In this document: one piece after another, positions 62,251 through 64,000 of the stretch
How positions within the stretch are numbered: the first letter of the stretch is position 1
How the letters are laid out: each line of letters opens with the position of its first letter
Assembly (NCBI GenBank): GCA_947652325.1
Contig: CANTCQ010000003.1
Span: 64,890-128,889, forward strand
Length of the DNA stretch: 64,000 bases
Source: an uncultured Mycoplasmatota bacterium
GTDB taxonomy: Bacteria > Bacillota_I > Bacilli_A > RF39 > UBA660
Direction of reading: 5' to 3'
Translations under genes and position numbers: made by a program
Notes under the pieces: generated by a model
The model's input: the letters and a program-made list of their open reading frames with translations, nothing else
Told to the model about the DNA's origin: nothing
Databases searched by the model: none

Positions 62251-62355
62251 ATACAATAAAAAAATAAAAAGTTCATCATTGACTTTGTTTCATTTTCTCA
62301 CTTAAAATAAGTTTCAAAAAATTTTAATTAAAATAATAAAAATAAAGGAGACAAT

Positions 62356-62808
62356 ATGAACAAAACGACTTGTTATTCAGAATTTGTAATACAAAGTAAC
62401 GGAAAAATGACCAAAAACGGATTTAAGACAAATAAAAATAGTGAATTTAATCCAGATGAAATAACGAAATTACTAAATATCACTCCATATCATACAACTA
62501 TTATGAATGCTCCAAGAACAAATGGAGTAGGAAACTATCCTTTCTCTACTTGGGTTGGCTGTAAAACAAAAGAGCCTATATTAGATGCCGAAAAGCAAGT
62601 AAAAAAGATTGTAGAAAAATTGAAAGACAAAATCCCAACACTATTACAAATTAAAAAAAGTTATGATGTTCGTTTCTTTATCACCATAGTTCCCTTTATA
62701 TACAACGAAGAAGCCCCAATAATTGGCTTTAATAAAGATATTATTAATTTCTGCTATAAAACAGGAACCGAAATAGGAGTACATCTCTATGTATTTGATA
62801 AAGAATAA
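62356..62808 (+). CDS. DUF4279-like protein
   Basis: 150 aa with the pattern FNPDEITKLLNITP. The family call comes from memory of the motif only. Confidence 0.4.
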   Translation: MNKTTCYSEFVIQSNGKMTKNGFKTNKNSEFNPDEITKLLNITPYHTTIMNAPRTNGVGNYPFSTWVGCKTKEPILDAEKQVKKIVEKLKDKIPTLLQIKKSYDVRFFITIVPFIYNEEAPIIGFNKDIINFCYKTGTEIGVHLYVFDKE

Positions 62809-63062
62809 AAAAGAGGCAATGAAAATATTTATAGAGATGAAAAAAGCAAGATAAAAAGAGCAACTAATTATTACCACATAGGTTTTGAAAAAATAGTAAA
62901 AATAATTGTTGAGAGGTTTAAAAAGAAAGAAAATAAAATCTTGGCAACCTGGATAGACTTATATAGTAGAATAACTATTTAAGTCTTTTATTTTTAAAAA
63001 GTGTCGACTAAAGATTGCAAAAAACAAAAAAATTGACTTGTTAAAAATTTATACTATAATAA

Positions 63063-63533
63063 GATACTGTTATCAAAAGCATCTCCCTTACAAATTTTAA
63101 AGGAACTGAAATCACGTATGATGAAACGGGTCCACACGGGACAGTTTCTTACTCAAATTTAGAAGCAGGACATTTGCAAATTGTTATAATAGAATATAAT
63201 GGAAAAATTTTAGAGCCGAAATTAATGGCCATCTCCACTTTAAGCCATGGTGGTATGTGAGGTCCACATTGGAGAACAAAAGAATATATAGATTTAAAAA
63301 CAGGACTGACTCCAATCTCTTATATTGATGATAATATCACTCTAGGAGAAAATTTTACCATTGTAGAAGAAATATCCCTTTTTGATTTTATAATCGAAGA
63401 AAATTGGCTGCAAGAGGAATATAAAATAAATGAACTTATCAAGTTTTATGAAGAGAAAGTAAAAAACAAATTAGAAGAACAAGAAGAGATAGAAGAAAGT
63501 AAACTTTCTCGTATAAAATGTCAAAATATTTAA
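63063..63533 (+). pseudogene. gene remnant: 156-codon open frame without start codon and with one in-frame TGA
   Basis: My translation is DTVIKSISLTNFKGTEITYDETGPHGTV...HGGM*GPHWRTKEY...EESKLSRIKCQNI. The TGA is at 63258-63260, and the region is locally richer in G+C than its surroundings. Confidence 0.4.
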
Positions 63534-63562
63534 TTGACTAAACTCATTTTTAGTAATAAAAT
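63534..63562 (+). promoter_or_regulatory. sigmaA-type promoter of the hisS leader
   Basis: TTGACT-N17-TAAAAT. Confidence 0.65.
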
Positions 63563-63569
63563 AAATTTA

Positions 63570-63780
63570 TATAAATTTTCTATGGAAAAGAAAAGTAAGA
63601 AAACAGGATTTTTTTAAAAGAGAAGGCTAGATTGCTGGAAATGCCAAAAGAAATCTTTTTCTGAAAGACAACTTTTTAAAACATAGAAACGCAAATTTTG
63701 CGATAAAAAGTGAAGAGTACCTAGTAAAGTAAGGTGGCACCGCGGAAATTCTTTCGTCCTTACATTTATTAGGTTTTTTT
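63570..63780 (+). promoter_or_regulatory. T-box riboswitch leader
   Basis: Conserved T-box sequence GGTGGCACCGCG at 63733-63744 and AGAGA-like box at 63619. A terminator helix pairs 63721-63734 with 63758-63773 (14 bp, one bulge), followed by T7. The 5' boundary is approximate. Confidence 0.85.
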
Positions 63781-63800
63781 ACGTTTAAGGAGGAGAAATA

Positions 63801-64000
63801 ATGATAACAAAACCAAAAGGAACTTATGATGTAATCGAAAGCGATGCATTAAAACTACAAAAAATCAATCGAGTTATAGAATATTATTGCGAATTTTACA
63901 ACTACGATTTTATTAGAACCCCTATTTTTGAATCGCGTGACTTATTTCATAGAACAGTAGGAGAAGAAACTGATATTGTTTCAAAAGAAACCTATGACTT
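63801..64000 (+). CDS. hisS: histidine--tRNA ligase (5' part, continues beyond window)
   Basis: MITKPKGTYDV...RTPIFESRDLFHRTVGEETDIVSKETYD matches the HisRS N-terminal motifs, with a strong SD (aaggaggag). Confidence 0.9.
   Translation, partial: MITKPKGTYDVIESDALKLQKINRVIEYYCEFYNYDFIRTPIFESRDLFHRTVGEETDIVSKETYD

Noticed and set aside
63258-63260. Reading TGA as Trp (Mollicute-type code 4) for the whole genome.
   Set aside because: TGA clearly terminates genes here. For example, the 9600-10871 ORF ends in a TGA that begins a terminator hairpin, and the 11543-12502 ORF ends in a TGA before the mtaB SD. Standard code 11 fits all the conserved genes.

Overview
A very AT-rich chromosomal window from a low-GC, monoderm, Firmicutes-like bacterium. 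It uses the standard genetic code: TGA is a stop, in one case sitting directly in a terminator hairpin. Nearly all genes are on the + strand. Gene order closely follows Bacillus subtilis: hrcA-grpE-dnaK-dnaJ ... mtaB, recD2, mutS, nusB-xseA-xseB, proS, spoIVB, radC-mreC-mreD-spoIVFA-spoIVFB-rplU-ysxB-rpmA-[spo0B slot]-obg, ruvA-ruvB-queA-tgt, spoVB, comN-like, relA-dtd, murE, an ABC-F gene, then a T-box leader and the start of hisS. Lineage-specific hypothetical genes are interspersed in this core. The main accessory feature is a ~9.9-kb insert between obg and ruvA. It carries a complete monoderm-type Tad/Flp pilus operon (flp, two tadE-like genes, tadZ, tadA/cpaF, tadB, tadC). Two oversized sigma-70-family genes follow directly: a sigmaE/K-like protein with about 530 extra C-terminal residues built from degenerate region-4-like modules, and an RpoD-like protein with N- and C-terminal extensions. 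Two G10 homopolymers stand out in this AT-rich DNA. One lies inside the first sigma gene. The other lies in the -35/-10 spacer of the promoter of an orphan tandem Spo0A-C-domain protein. The two tracts share flanking sequence, and both are candidate slipped-strand phase switches. Other observations: a J-domain gene with two in-frame TAA codons, dual CIRCE operators, a 47-bp direct repeat bracketing mtaB, a recurrent TTCCATACTA forespore-type promoter motif, and an Asp-type T-box in front of hisS. I saw no rRNA, tRNA, CRISPR array, transposase or integrase. All functional calls come from reading motifs and synteny by eye; no database search was run.
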